Assembly: GCF_001194135.2 (NCBI RefSeq)
Contig: NC_068984.1
Location: 136,968,518-137,032,517, forward strand
Direction: 5' to 3'
DNA: 64,000 nt
From: Octopus bimaculoides
Taxonomy: Eukaryota
The position numbers were made by a program, and so were the translations under genes. The notes under the pieces are model-generated. The model made no database searches. It was not told where the DNA came from and was given only the letters and a program-made list of their open reading frames with translations. Positions 14,100-27,754 of the stretch are shown piece by piece. The first letter of the stretch is position 1. The number at the start of each line of letters is the position of its first letter.

Positions 14100-14165
14100 A
14101 GATAGATAGATAGATATATATATATATATAGATAGATAGATAGATAGGTAGATAGATAGACAGAC

Positions 14166-14236
<71 letters not shown>

Positions 14237-14349
14237 CAGACAGATAGACAGACAGACAGATAGACTCAGACAGACAGATAGACAGACAGATAGATAGACA
14301 CAGACAGACAGACAGACAGACAGATAGATAGAAAGATGATGGATGGATG

Positions 14350-14384
<35 letters not shown>

Positions 14385-14395
14385 TAGATAGATAC
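14100..14395. repeat. (GATA)n/(GACA)n microsatellite
   Basis: Direct inspection. Confidence 0.95.
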
Positions 14396-14759
14396 ATTTC
14401 TTTTATTAGCCACACAGGGCTCAACAAAGATGGGACGAATACAATGTAGAGATAGATAGATCATGAACAAACAATGTTTTCCTTTGAGATGCATTTTAAC
14501 ACTTTAGGCGGCAAGCCATCTGAAAGCACTTTTGGTTCAATGGCACAAAAGTTATGCATTTTAAAAGGTTTATTTATATTAAAAGGTTCCGTTTAAATCT
14601 AACGTAAAAACTATTCGTTAAATTATGCTCTAAACATCAACTTCATAGCAAAAGAATTAGTTACTTCACTAAACCCATCCAACTTGTTCAAATTGTCAAA
14701 ATATATTGAAACACATAGGTTATTTTATATTCAGAAATATTATCACAGAAATATTATTA

Positions 14760-15112
14760 AGGCAGCGAGCTGGCAGAAATGTTAGCATGCTGGGCGAAAT
14801 GCTTAGCGGTATTTTGTCTGCCGTTACATTCTGAGTTCAAATTCCGCCGAGGTCGACTTTGCCTTTCATCCTTTCAGGGCCGATAAATTAAGTACCAGTT
14901 ATGCACTGGGGTTGACGTAATCGACTTAATCCTTTTGTCTGTCCTTGTTTGTCCCCTCTATGTTTAGCCCCTTGTGGGTAATAAAGAAATAAGAAACGTT
15001 AGCATGCCGGGCGAAATGCTTAGTGGTATTTCGTCTGTCTTTACGTTCTGAGTTCAAATTCCGCCGAGGTCGACTTAGCCTTTCTTCCTTTCGGGGTCGA
15101 TAAATTAAGTAC
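14760..15112 (+). mobile_element. Dimeric SINE (family B), runs into an N-gap
   Basis: Same two-unit structure and junction as 7320-7680 in the opposite orientation. Other family B fragments lie at ~12862, 22120, 31100-32100, 42270, 54448 and 61020. Confidence 0.8.
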
Positions 15113-15662
15113 NNNNNNNNNNNNNNNNNNNNNNNNNNNNNNNNNNNNNNNNNNNNNNNNNNNNNNNNNNNNNNNNNNNNNNNNNNNNNNNNNNNNNNNN
15201 NNNNNNNNNNNNNNNNNNNNNNNNNNNNNNNNNNNNNNNNNNNNNNNNNNNNNNNNNNNNNNNNNNNNNNNNNNNNNNNNNNNNNNNNNNNNNNNNNNNN
15301 NNNNNNNNNNNNNNNNNNNNNNNNNNNNNNNNNNNNNNNNNNNNNNNNNNNNNNNNNNNNNNNNNNNNNNNNNNNNNNNNNNNNNNNNNNNNNNNNNNNN
15401 NNNNNNNNNNNNNNNNNNNNNNNNNNNNNNNNNNNNNNNNNNNNNNNNNNNNNNNNNNNNNNNNNNNNNNNNNNNNNNNNNNNNNNNNNNNNNNNNNNNN
15501 NNNNNNNNNNNNNNNNNNNNNNNNNNNNNNNNNNNNNNNNNNNNNNNNNNNNNNNNNNNNNNNNNNNNNNNNNNNNNNNNNNNNNNNNNNNNNNNNTTAA
15601 CTCATTGGATCGTTGTCAAGCCATCCAAACCATCACACAGCATGAATATGGACATTAAATGG

Positions 15663-15706
<44 letters not shown>

Positions 15707-16540
15707 ATGGTGGTGGCGGTGGCGGTGGCGGTGGTGGTGGCAATGATGGCAATGATGATGATGGTGTTAAGTCCTTCTTCACAGAATTCAAGTCAGTCGC
15801 TAAGAGGGTGACAAAGTTTCTCTTGTATGAATCGAGACGGTTCGAAGGGTTTGAGGATAAGTGAACGAGTTGGTGCATGATCATATGTAGGTTTGTTTGT
15901 GGCCATACACATTTGCATTCTCAAATACTACAAGGAAATTGGGTTCACTTGAACTGAACCGGAACATACAAGATTTGTTTCTTAACTAAAAGTTTAGGAG
16001 CATTAAGAAGAAGATGGCTCTCATGCTGAATGGGACACTAGGTAAAACTTGGGACTTATTACTCAAGACAAATAAACTATGATTAGTCCACATTATTCCG
16101 TAAAAAACTATGCCTGGTTTCTAAGGCATAGTATGCACTCCTCCCTGGATGGGATGCCAGTCCTTTCCTGGATTACTCATTTCTACGAGCTGAGTGGACC
16201 GAAGCAATGTGAAATGGAACAGAACAAATGTAGCCCCCACTCTCCCACCACCACCACCACTACCACCATACCTCTCCGCCAACTCCCCTCCATCCTCTTA
16301 CAACACATCGCCCGCTCCAGGAATCGAAACCACAATCTTGTGATCATGAGTCTAACACTCCAACCACTAAGTCATGCACTTCCACAAACAAAGGCCAATG
16401 TAGAATTTACTAAAATTCCTAAATAAGATATCATATTTGATGGCTTATAAGACATACTATTTTTCCACCAAAACATCTCAAAAAATTACTTCAGGTCGTA
16501 TATGTGAAGTTGGGCCAGCCATAAGATAATTTTGTCCTAC

Positions 16541-16744
16541 GAAAAGTTCCTGGCATTAAGGGTATCATGAAACACCTGGTTGGAGGCCCAGCCTTCTAGT
16601 TCTTTTACAGGGCTTAGAAAAACTGAAGGACTGCTGCAATAAGTGTGTGAATCTGAGAGGGGAATATGTTCAATAAAATCATAATTAACTGAATCCTATT
16701 GTATTTTCCTTTACACAAAACCAGAAATTTTTCAGCACCCCCTC
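16541..16744 (+). mobile_element. Internally deleted mariner-derived MITE
   Basis: Retains the transposase C-terminal FYRA*KKLKDCCNKCVNLRGEYVQ*. Left remnant gaaaagttcctgg is inverted relative to right ccagaaatttttcagcaccccctc. Confidence 0.65.
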
Positions 16745-16772
16745 ACACACACACAAACACATACAAATATAC

Positions 16773-16865
<93 letters not shown>

Positions 16866-16990
16866 TATAGACACATACACAGATACATATAAATATATAC
16901 ATATATATGTACATATGTGTATAGATATACATATATATATATGTGTGCATATATATATGTATATATATACGTATATATATATATATATAT

Positions 16991-17045
<55 letters not shown>

Positions 17046-17060
17046 TATATNNNNNNNNNN

Positions 17061-17113
<53 letters not shown>

Positions 17114-17173
17114 CATATATATATACACACATATATACATATATATATAAATATAATATATAAATATATATAC

Positions 17174-17226
<53 letters not shown>

Positions 17227-17739
17227 TGTGTGTGTGTAATGTTGAAGTATCAACCTTCAATCTTTCCACTTTTTCACCCTGGATTCTTTAACCATCAGAT
17301 ACATCTGATATTCTTCTCCAACCACTGAATGCACAAAGCACACATCCCACTCGCCACCCTCCATCATCCCAGCTTGCTTAATCCATTTACATTACATATA
17401 TATCTAAAGCAATTGGAGTTGTTTCCCCCTGTACACACATCAGTCGACACCCCTTTTGATGCTTGACCACTTCTGCAACTAAATCGTTCTCAGTGGTTCT
17501 TTTTCTAACTTAATGTTTCATGCCCAGTGAACTGTGACCAACTTATTCCTCTCAAAAGTTGTCAATGCAGTAATAAAGGATGAACCAAAACAAAAAAATA
17601 ACAGAGAAAAAATAGCTCCAATAGATGCGGAAATCCACACCATATCCAGAAAAGCTTTCAATGAAACTACTTCGCATAACAACAAAAACAGCAATAGATC
17701 TGCTGGAACAGAATCGAACAAAGCTAAATAAGAACAACG

Positions 17740-17772
<33 letters not shown>

Positions 17773-18699
17773 ACACTAGCAGCAAGTCAAAAGTCAATGT
17801 GAGATTATATGTACTTATAGCACTGACCCTTGTGAAGGACAAACAAAGAGCCAGCCAACCTTGAAATAGGGAAAGAGATCTAATCTATTTGTCAGCCATC
17901 ACAGTTTTTTGGTTTGGGGTTCATGGAACAGAACAAATGTAGCCCCCACTCTCCCACCACCACCACCACCACTACCACCATACCTCTCCGCCAACTCCCC
18001 TCCATCCTCTTACAGATGCACTGTTACATGTTTTCCCTTGTCATCATCATCATGTTTGTTGTTGTGGTTGTTGTTGTAGTAGTGGAGATGGTGATGGTGG
18101 CGATGATGGTGGCTGTGGTAGTGGTGGGTTGAGCTGGGGGTGGTGGGATGGGGATGTTGCAATGGTGGTGGTGGAAGTGGTGGTGGTAATGGTGGTGGTT
18201 ATGGTAGTGGTAGGGTGAGGTGAGGAGGTGGGATGGGGATGTTGCAATGGTGGTGGTAGAAGTGATGGTGGTGGTGGCGGTAGCAGTGGTGGTAATGGTG
18301 GTGCTTGTGGTAGTGGTGGAGTGAGGTGGAGATTGTAGTGGTGGTGGTGGTGGAAGTGGTGGTAGTGATGGTAGCGGTAGTAGTGCTTGTAGTGGTGGTT
18401 GTAGTGCTACCGCTTACAGGTGCTGATAGTGGTTGTTGTTGTCATCGTTGTGGTGGTGGTGTTTAACTGAGCATGTTCAAAAATCAGTGGCAATCCACAA
18501 AGAGGAAAAGAGTTTTTTTTAACCCTAGGCTGGAGTAGCAGTGAAGAGGGGGAGGGAGAGAAGGGGCTGGGTGTGTCAGCAACAGAATACATAACTAAGA
18601 AAGAGGGAGGGGCAAAAGGTGAGAAGGACATGGTAGAGAAACAGAAGTGAGAGGAGAAGTGAAAGTGGGTGGTAGAGTAAGAGAGGTATGAAGGGAATT

Positions 18700-18948
18700 G
18701 GGGAAAGTGAAAGTAGAAGGAAATGTTAGAGAGAGAGAGAGAGAGGGAGGATGAGGGAAAGAGAGGATGAAGGAAATAAGGAGAGAGTAAAGAAAAGGGA
18801 GACAGAGAGAGAAGTTGAAGGATTGAGAAAGGGGTAAAGACCTGATAGGAAGGGAAGAAAGACAGGGAGAGAGAGGGGGAGAAGGAAGGAAAGGAAGGAA
18901 GACAGACAGATAGAAAGCAAGGAAAAAGAAGGAAAGAAAGAAAGGAGA

Positions 18949-18997
<49 letters not shown>

Positions 18998-19224
18998 CAC
19001 GCAGGCAGGCAGACAGACAGACAGACAGGCAGACAGAATGAAAGACAGACAGACAGACAGACAGAAAGACAGACAAAAAGACAGACAGACAGACAGACAG
19101 AAAGACAGAAAGAAAGACAGACAGACAGACAGACAGAAAGAAAAAGAAAGATAGGAAGGAAGACAGAAAGTAGGGAAGGAAGGGAGAATGAAAGGAAGGG
19201 AGAATGAAAGGAAGGAAGGAAGGA

Positions 19225-19273
<49 letters not shown>

Positions 19274-19393
19274 GGCAGGCAGACAGACAGACAGACAGAA
19301 AGAAAGAAAGAAAACAAGCAGGCAGAAAGACAGACAGACAGACAGACAAAGAAAGATAGGAAAGAAGACAGAAAGTAGGGAAGGAAGGAAGGA

Positions 19394-19440
<47 letters not shown>

Positions 19441-19565
19441 AAGAAAGAAAGAAAACAAGCAGGCAGGCAGACAGAAAGACAGACAGGCAGGGAAGTGAAT
19501 GGAGATCTGGCAAGAGAAAGAGAGAGAGAAGACAAAACAAGATGAGAGAGGGAGGGAGGGAGGGA
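18700..19565. repeat. Compound (GACA)n/(GAAA)n/(GGAA)n polypurine microsatellite
   Basis: Direct inspection. It explains the long spurious ORFs at 18407-20130. Confidence 0.95.
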
Positions 19566-22500
19566 NNNNNNNNNNNNNNNNNNNNNNNNNNNNNNNNNNN
19601 NNNNNNNNNNNNNNNNNNNNNNNNNNNNNNNNNNNNNNNNNNNNNNNNNNNNNNNNNNNNNNNNNNNNNNNNNNNNNNNNNNNNNNNNNNNNNNNNNNNN
19701 NNNNNNNNNNNNNNNNNNNNNNNNNNNNNNNNNNNNNNNNNNNNNNNNNNNNNNNNNNNNNNNNNNNNNNNNNNNNNNNNNNNNNNNNNNNNNNNNNNNN
19801 NNNNNNNNNNNNNNNNNNNNNNNNNNNNNNNNNNNNNNNNNNNNNNNNNNNNNNNNNNNNNNNNNNNNNNNNNNNNNNNNNNNNNNNNNNNNNNNNNNNN
19901 NNNNNNNNNNNNNNNNNNNNNNNNNNNNNNNNNNNNNNNNNNNNNNNNAGGTGAGAGAATGGAGAGCGCACACATTGTAAACTGTAGCACATAAATAACA
20001 AGATTAGAGACAGCCAGAAAACTATGCATCTCCTTCTATATAGCATTATAGAAGAGAAAATTAAGTTAATAGCAGTGTGAATGCCGAATTGCACCGCGCC
20101 AGCAAGCTGACCCCCACAGGGAGTGTTCAATAATGAAGAATTTGGTTAGCAGAACACTCTGGATAATTGGTTTCCAAGATGGCAGCCATTGTATTACCTG
20201 ACATATTCAAGCTTTTGATCTTGTTGCTTGTTCTTGGCTCACACTTGTAGCAAGACAATTGTTAGAGAAGGAGACAGAATGATAATAGTACTCTGTCTTC
20301 TCTTCCACACTTTATATATACATATACATACATACGTATACATATATGTACGTAAATATACATCTGCGTGTGTATATGTGTTCTGCAGACAAATGATAGA
20401 TAGGTAGACAGAGAGGTAGATACAGAGAGGGGAGTTATAAACGCATACACATAAATTGAGAGACACAGTTATGAAGCATAGGATATGTGCATACATGCAC
20501 ACAAACATACAAAACCCATATTATTTGTCCACCACATAGTAACACAGAGAAGTTAGCAGCAATGTTGGCCACTAGTTGTAAAGATGGGTGTATAAATACA
20601 AACAACATAATCATCATCACCATCATCGTTTAACGTCCGCTTTCCATGCTAGCATGGGTTGGATGATTTGACTGAGGACTGGTGAAACCAGATGGCTACA
20701 CCAGGCTCCAATCTGATTTGGCAGTGTTTCTACTGCTGGATGCCCTTCCTAACGCCAACCACTCCGAGAGTGTAGTGAGTGCTTTTATGTGACACCGGCA
20801 CGAAGGCCAGTCAGGCGGTACTGGCAACGGCCACGCTCAAAATGGAGTATTTTACGTGCCACCTGCACAGGAGCCAGTCCAGCAGCACTGGCAACGATCT
20901 CGCACGAATCTCTTTTCACGTGACACCGGCACAAGTGCCAGGAAGGCGACGCTGGTAATACATATATATATATATATATATATAGNNNNNNNNNNNNNNN
21001 NNNNNNNNNNNNNNNNNNNNNNNNNNNNNNNNNNNNNNNNNNNNNNNNNNNNNNNNNNNNNNNNNNNNNNNNNNNNNNNNNNNNNNNNNNNNNNNNNNNN
21101 NNNNNNNNNNNNNNNNNNNNNNNNNNNNNNNNNNNNNNNNNNNNNNNNNNNNNNNNNNNNNNNNNNNNNNNNNNNNNNNNNNNNNNNNNNNNNNNNNNNN
21201 NNNNNNNNNNNNNNNNNNNNNNNNNNNNNNNNNNNNNNNNNNNNNNNNNNNNNNNNNNNNNNNNNNNNNNNNNNNNNNNNNNNNNNNNNNNNNNNNNNNN
21301 NNNNNNNNNNNNNNNNNNNNNNNNNNNNNNNNNNNNNNNNNNNNNNNNNNNNNNNNNNNNNNNNNNNNNNNNNNNNNNNNNNNNNNNNNNNNNNNNNNNN
21401 NNNNNNNNNNNNNNNNNNNNNNNNNNNNNNNNNNNNNNNNNNNNNNNNNNNNNNNNNNNNNNNNNNNNNNNNNNNNNNNNNNNNNNNNNNNNNNNNNNNN
21501 NNNAGCAGTTTCCACAAAAAGTGTTTGCCGGGAACTGCACAAAGCCGGATTTCAAGATTTTTCAAGATATATATTTCAAGATATGTATGTATGTATGTAT
21601 GTATGTATGTGTTTGTGTGTCTGTGTTTGTCCCCCCACGATTGCTTGTCAACCGATGCTGGTGTGTTTACATCCCCTTAACTTAGCGGTTCGGCAAAAGA
21701 GACCAATAGAATAAGTACTAGGCTTACAAAGAATAAGTCCTGGGGTCAATTTTTTTTTCAACTAAAGGCGGTGCTCCAGCATGGCCACAGCCAAATGACT
21801 GAAACAAATAAAAGAATAAAAGAATAATCCTTTTGATACCAACCTGCCTGAGACAGCCCTAAGTTATATGATACAAACTTCCCGTTTTCAGGTAATCTAA
21901 ATTAAAATCTTCCATTAAAATTTCATGCTAATTTATGTTCCAGACACCAGTTTAGTTCTGATAAAGTAATCTTATTAATTTATCATAATTTTTAAAATTA
22001 ATTGAAATATGGACAATGTCTTTCAAAAAAAATTTAGTAACTTTGTTATTTTAAGATGGCGCTTGGAATATGAATTGCTTCAAATTTTGGTACAAGACCA
22101 GCTATTCTAGGGAGAGGGCGTTGGTCAATTAGATTGATCCATTATTTGATTAGCGCTTATTTTATCAACTCTGGAAGGATGAAAGGCAAAATGGACCTTG
22201 GAATTCAAATGCTGCCAAATGAAATTTTCATGAAAGGTTTTAATTTAGATCATTTAAAAATGGGAAGTTTGTGTCACAGAACCATGGATGACACACTGGA
22301 TGGGTCATACCAAGAAAAAAGCAATACAGCTTGAATTAGACTATCAGGCTAAAGAGGAGCTTCTATGCAGTTGCACAACTAGCAAGAAGTAGCAATAAAA
22401 TTTTTCTTTAATCACACTTTACTGTATTAAAAGGAGGAAATATGAATAACTTGGTTCTAAATGGTGACATAGACATGGGCATAGTTGTGTGGTAAGAAGT

Positions 22501-22627
22501 TTATTTCCGAACCACATGGTTCCAGGATCAGTCCCACTGCGTGGCACCTTGGGCAAGTGTCTTCTACTATAGAATCTGGTCAACCAAAGCCTTGTGAGTG
22601 GATTTGGTAGACAGAAACTGAAAAAAA

Positions 22628-22858
22628 GGTGGCGAGCTGACAGAAACGTTAGCACGCCAAGCGAAATGCTTAGCAGTATTTTGTCTGCCATTACATTCTG
22701 AGTTCAAATGCCGCCAAGGTAGACTTTGCCTTTCATCCTTTCAGGGTCGATAAATTAAGTACCAGTTGTGCCCTGGGGTCAATGTAATCGACTAAATCCC
22801 TTTGTCTGTCCTTGCTTGTCCCCTCTATGTTTAGCCCCTTGTGGGCAATAACGAAATA
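22628..22858 (+). mobile_element. Monomeric SINE family B inserted into a family A SINE with a 15-bp TSD
   Basis: agaaactgaaaaaaa is present at 22613-22627 and 22859-22873. Family A sequence continues on both sides. Confidence 0.88.
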
Positions 22859-23622
22859 AGAAACTGAAAAAAACTTGTCATATGTGTATGTGTGTGTGTG
22901 GGCATGCATGTATGTTTGTGCATGCATGTATGTGTGTGCATGCGTGAGTGTGTGTGTCTGTGTGTGCACGTGAGTGCACATGTATGTGTGTCATTTTTGT
23001 TTGTGTATGTCACCACACACACTGCTTGATAACCAGAGTTGGTTTATTTACATTCTCTGTAAAAATTATCAAAAAGAAAGTCAAAGTAGAATATTATCTT
23101 ATTACAGAAAGATACCCTAAAATACCAAATCACCTTTCTCTCCCTCTCTCTCTCCTTCACACACACAAACACTCTCTCTCTCTCTCTCTCTCTCCTCTGT
23201 TCAAACCCTCTACAAGAATTAGATCAATATATTTGTTTAGAAATGGATAAAACAGATACAACATCAACATAATATAGCTATGAAAAATAGTTTTTTCTTT
23301 TTATTTTTTCATTTCGTCTTATTTCTCTTCTTAAATATATCACAGAGAAAATTTAGGATAATATAAATATCACTGAACATAATGACAAAACTAAGATGGC
23401 TGACGTGCAAATAGTGGATATCAGAGTAAGCAGAAATAATGGGATTTCAACATACTAAATTGGAATTTGAGAATTAAAAAAATGCAATTTCAGGAAAACT
23501 GTAAGATAATGTCAGCATTATATATTTAGCTGTGTAACCTTGGTGTCTCATTGGCCAACAGTTTTTTTTTTTTGGGGGGGGGGGTTATCAAACAGAACAT
23601 GTCGAACTGTCTCTGTGGACAA

Positions 23623-23655
<33 letters not shown>

Positions 23656-23887
23656 TTAAAACAACAGATGATGACGATGATGATGATAATGATTAATAAT
23701 AATAATAATGATAATATTTTTAAAATGTAATAAACTAATAATGACAATAATAATGAGTATTATTATTATAATTATAATGATAATAATAATTTTATATATC
23801 TTGCCAAAAACATATCTTTATAGTTAATAAAGAATATATTTCCATTATTATTATAGCTTATTATTATTATCATCATCATAATCATCA

Positions 23888-23949
<62 letters not shown>

Positions 23950-24458
23950 ATTATTATTATCATTATTATGAATATTAGTTCTTTACATTGAGGTTTTTGC
24001 CAAAGGCTTCATGTTTGATTAAGAAACCATTATTGTTCTTGTCAATAACATGATTATCATATTATTATTATTGTTGTCATTATCATCATCAGCATCATAA
24101 TAATAATTACAATAACAATAATAATAACAGCAACAACAATAATAATATAATCATCACTATCATTGTCCTCATCATTATTATTATTCCTATGACTGCTGCT
24201 GCTGCTGCTGCTGCTGCTACTACGTTCTCTCACTTTTGTTGCTGTTATCAAAGATGGTATCGTGAACGTGATCTTTATCGCTATTTAGTTAGCAGTAGAG
24301 CTTCCTTTTCCGACTGTCAGATGCCACCATCCACCAAAGGCCTAACGAAATTACGATCCACACCTTGTGTTTGACTACAGTGAAAAAAACCAGTCATGTG
24401 TCCTTGCGAATTAAATGAAGTGAGTAGAACTGTTGATGAAATTGCCTCGACGAAAATA

Positions 24459-24492
<34 letters not shown>

Positions 24493-26823
24493 AAGCAAAA
24501 AAAAAAAACTATCCGCAAAATGTGAAAAGACAAAAAAAAAGTAACAAAAATAAAAACACAGAGTGTGAATAAAAATACATCAAACATTCGGTTGTACATG
24601 CAAACGCCAGCAACTCAATAACAAGCATTAATTTAAGTCTCCTGGTCTCTATGTTAATTAATTAGTCAACAACTGATGAGAGCTAAATATACAAGCATGA
24701 TGTCAACATGGCCTAGTTAATGGCTGATTAAACCAACTTCCTCCAGATCTATACAAAAATAAATTTTTTTTAAATTTTGCATGTTTCCGAGAGTTTTTGA
24801 GAGGATGTTATCCTCTTTAAAGCTGTTGTAACAAACTAAAGTGGAATAATGAACAAATGAACAAATTCTATCCAGCAACACTTCTCACCCCCACCACACA
24901 CACACACGCACACGCACACACACACGCACACACAGCTCAAATAAACCTCCACCGCTAAAATTAAGCAATTTACTTTATCTTGATGAATGTATTAACCAAA
25001 TAACCTTGGTTAATGCTTCCCCTCCTAGCTGAAGGGGCTTTTGTCTTGCAAGTGACTTGGTGACCCTGTTGGTGCTGGTGCCACATAAAAATCACTTGTG
25101 CCGGTGCCATAAAAAAAACACCCACACCAGTGTCACATAAAGGGCACTTATACTGGTGCCACATAAGCAGCAGCCTTGCCAGTCCACATAAAAGGCACAT
25201 GTGCCAGTGCCACGAAGAAACCATCCACTCCAGTAGTGTGTACAAAGCACACACGCTGGTGCCACATTTAAAGCATTCAAGCTTGTGTCACATAAAAAGC
25301 ACCCATGCCAGTGTCACGTCCGTAGCCCCTGCACTGATGCCACATAGAATGCACTTGTGTTGGTATCATGTAAAAAGGACCCAGTACACTCAGTAAAGTG
25401 GTTGGCATTAGGAAGGGCATCCGGCAGTAGAAACCATGCCAGAACAGACAACTGGAATCTGGTGCAGCTCTCCAACTCACCAGACAATTGTTAAACCATC
25501 CGACCCATGCCAGCATGGAAAATGAAAGATAAATGATGATGATGGTGGTGGTGGTGGTGGTGGTGATAATGATGATGGCCGCAGTCAAATGACTGAAACA
25601 AGTAAAAGAGTAAAGAGTATTAAATGATGATGATGTCGATGATGATGATGATGATGTAAACATACAAAGCTTGAGAGTCCAACATGAGATTCAACAACCG
25701 AGATGAAGCTGAACAATGGTTTCAGTCATTCCTCATAGAAAGCTCAAGCAAGACGCATTACTACCGCTATGCTCTTCATCTCAGTCAGCATAGATCTAAG
25801 TCGGTGCCATTATGGTTCCTTAATTGAGAGAGAGGATACTTACAAAAGAAAAGAAATAAAATTTAAAAAACCTCTGGCTATTTAGAATAATTGATTACAA
25901 GCTAATTATGGTGCTGTCCTCTATGTGACCACATGACTTGCAGGAAATATCAGAGAAATCTATTGAAATTTCACATTACGATGTTACAATCAAGAAGAAT
26001 ACACCGGAGAATTCAGACCTAGATACACTACGTCTGAATGGTCACAATTAGATTGTCTTTGATCGCTGATTTGATCAGAGATCAGGAGCTGAACAACAAC
26101 AATTAAATAACATCGTCAAATATGTATGTATATTAAACATCTTTGACCTCCAATACAAAGTGGAAGTGACTTTTATAAATATAACATCATTTTATATGAG
26201 TGACTACTAAGATTAATTAAACTGAGTTAATTACCATTTTATAGAGTATTTTTATAAACATAAAACAGCATTCCTTACAATTTCCATAGACATTCATTTA
26301 CACATTTAATGCAAATAACACTTTGTGCTAACGAGGGAGCCTATGTACACTTAGATTAATTAAACTGACTTAATTAACATTTTAGAGTGTATTTTATAAA
26401 CATAAAATACAATGTTGTTAAATATGTATTTTTTCTTTTTGTATTTTTTTTTTACTTGTTTCAGTCATTAGACTGTAGCCATGCTGGGGCAACACCTCGC
26501 AGAATTTTTAGTAGAATGAATCAACCCCAGCAATTTTTTTTAAGGCTTGGTAATTATTCTATCAATCAATTTTTAATAACATTGCTCCAGTGTATAATAA
26601 TGCTCTAAAAGATAGTGGATTTAGAAAAAAGAGCATTTTTTGATTGCCTTGATAACTGACAAGATGCCAGAGCAGTTTTCCACCCCGACATCCGAAACTC
26701 GGAGTCTTATTATGGCAACCAAATAATTGTCACATATTATATTTACAGATAAATTTCTCTATTTACATAATATCGAGGTCTCTTTCATTCTTTTGTTGTC
26801 TTACCATTACTATTAATATATAA

Positions 26824-26909
<86 letters not shown>

Positions 26910-27754
26910 GTATGTACGTATTTGTTATTTGTGTCTGTGTTTGTCCCCACCACCATCGCTTGATAACCAATGTTGGTGTGTTTATGTCCCTATAACTTAG
27001 CAGTTTGGCAAAAAGAGACAGATAGAATAAGTACTAGGCTTACAAAGAATAAATCCTGAGGTCGATTTGTTCGACTGAAGGCAATGCTCCAGCATGACCA
27101 CAGTCAAAGGACTAAAACAAGTAAAAGAATAAAAGAATACATCTAAAATAAAATATTTTCAGAAGCCCTTAAAATACTTTTGTGGATCCTAAATTTACTA
27201 TTTTGTTACATGGACCCCAAAAATATTTCATGGACCCTCAGGGGCCGTATTTGGAGCCTGGCTAAGAACCACCGATTTGGACCATCAACACTTTAGTGTT
27301 TCTGCATACCACTACACATTATGCGACAATATCAGTAGCAACAGAATCTTTATTCTCTGAAATAGAAAGATTATTAAAACAGGAGACAGGTCTATGAATA
27401 AAACATGATCCTTGAATATGTGGTTAAAATAAACATTAAAAAATTTTAAAAAACAGAAGAAAATATCTAAGAAGTATCCCATTAAACTGCTCAAAGACCT
27501 GCACGATAGTTTAATTAACTTAATTGGGGAAGGTTAGTATAGAAGTGGAAAGAAGTTAAATGAAGATTGAACCAAGACACTGTTACACATTTAGCATTTG
27601 AACCGAACTTCTTAGAGGAAGATTTCTCTAATGAAGATTCATCAACTCAACATTCCTGCCATTTTATATCTTAATTCACAAATAATTTGAATTATGGGAA
27701 AAGAACATGAACCCTCATGAGAAAATAAATGAAGAGACCTGCAAAGGGTTAAAG

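Noticed and set aside
17534-17731. 65-aa plus-strand ORF with non-repetitive composition
   Set aside because: No recognisable domain or splice context, and it is antisense within a PNPT1 intron.
18407-20130. Longest ORFs (540, 511, 415 aa)
   Set aside because: They are translations of (GACA)/(GAAA) microsatellite plus an N-gap, with no protein signal.
25065-25385. CRISPR-like array of short palindromic repeats
   Set aside because: The units are adjacent and degenerate with no unique spacers, there are no cas genes, the context is a eukaryotic intron, and the same unit occurs in LINE-like 3'UTR copies.
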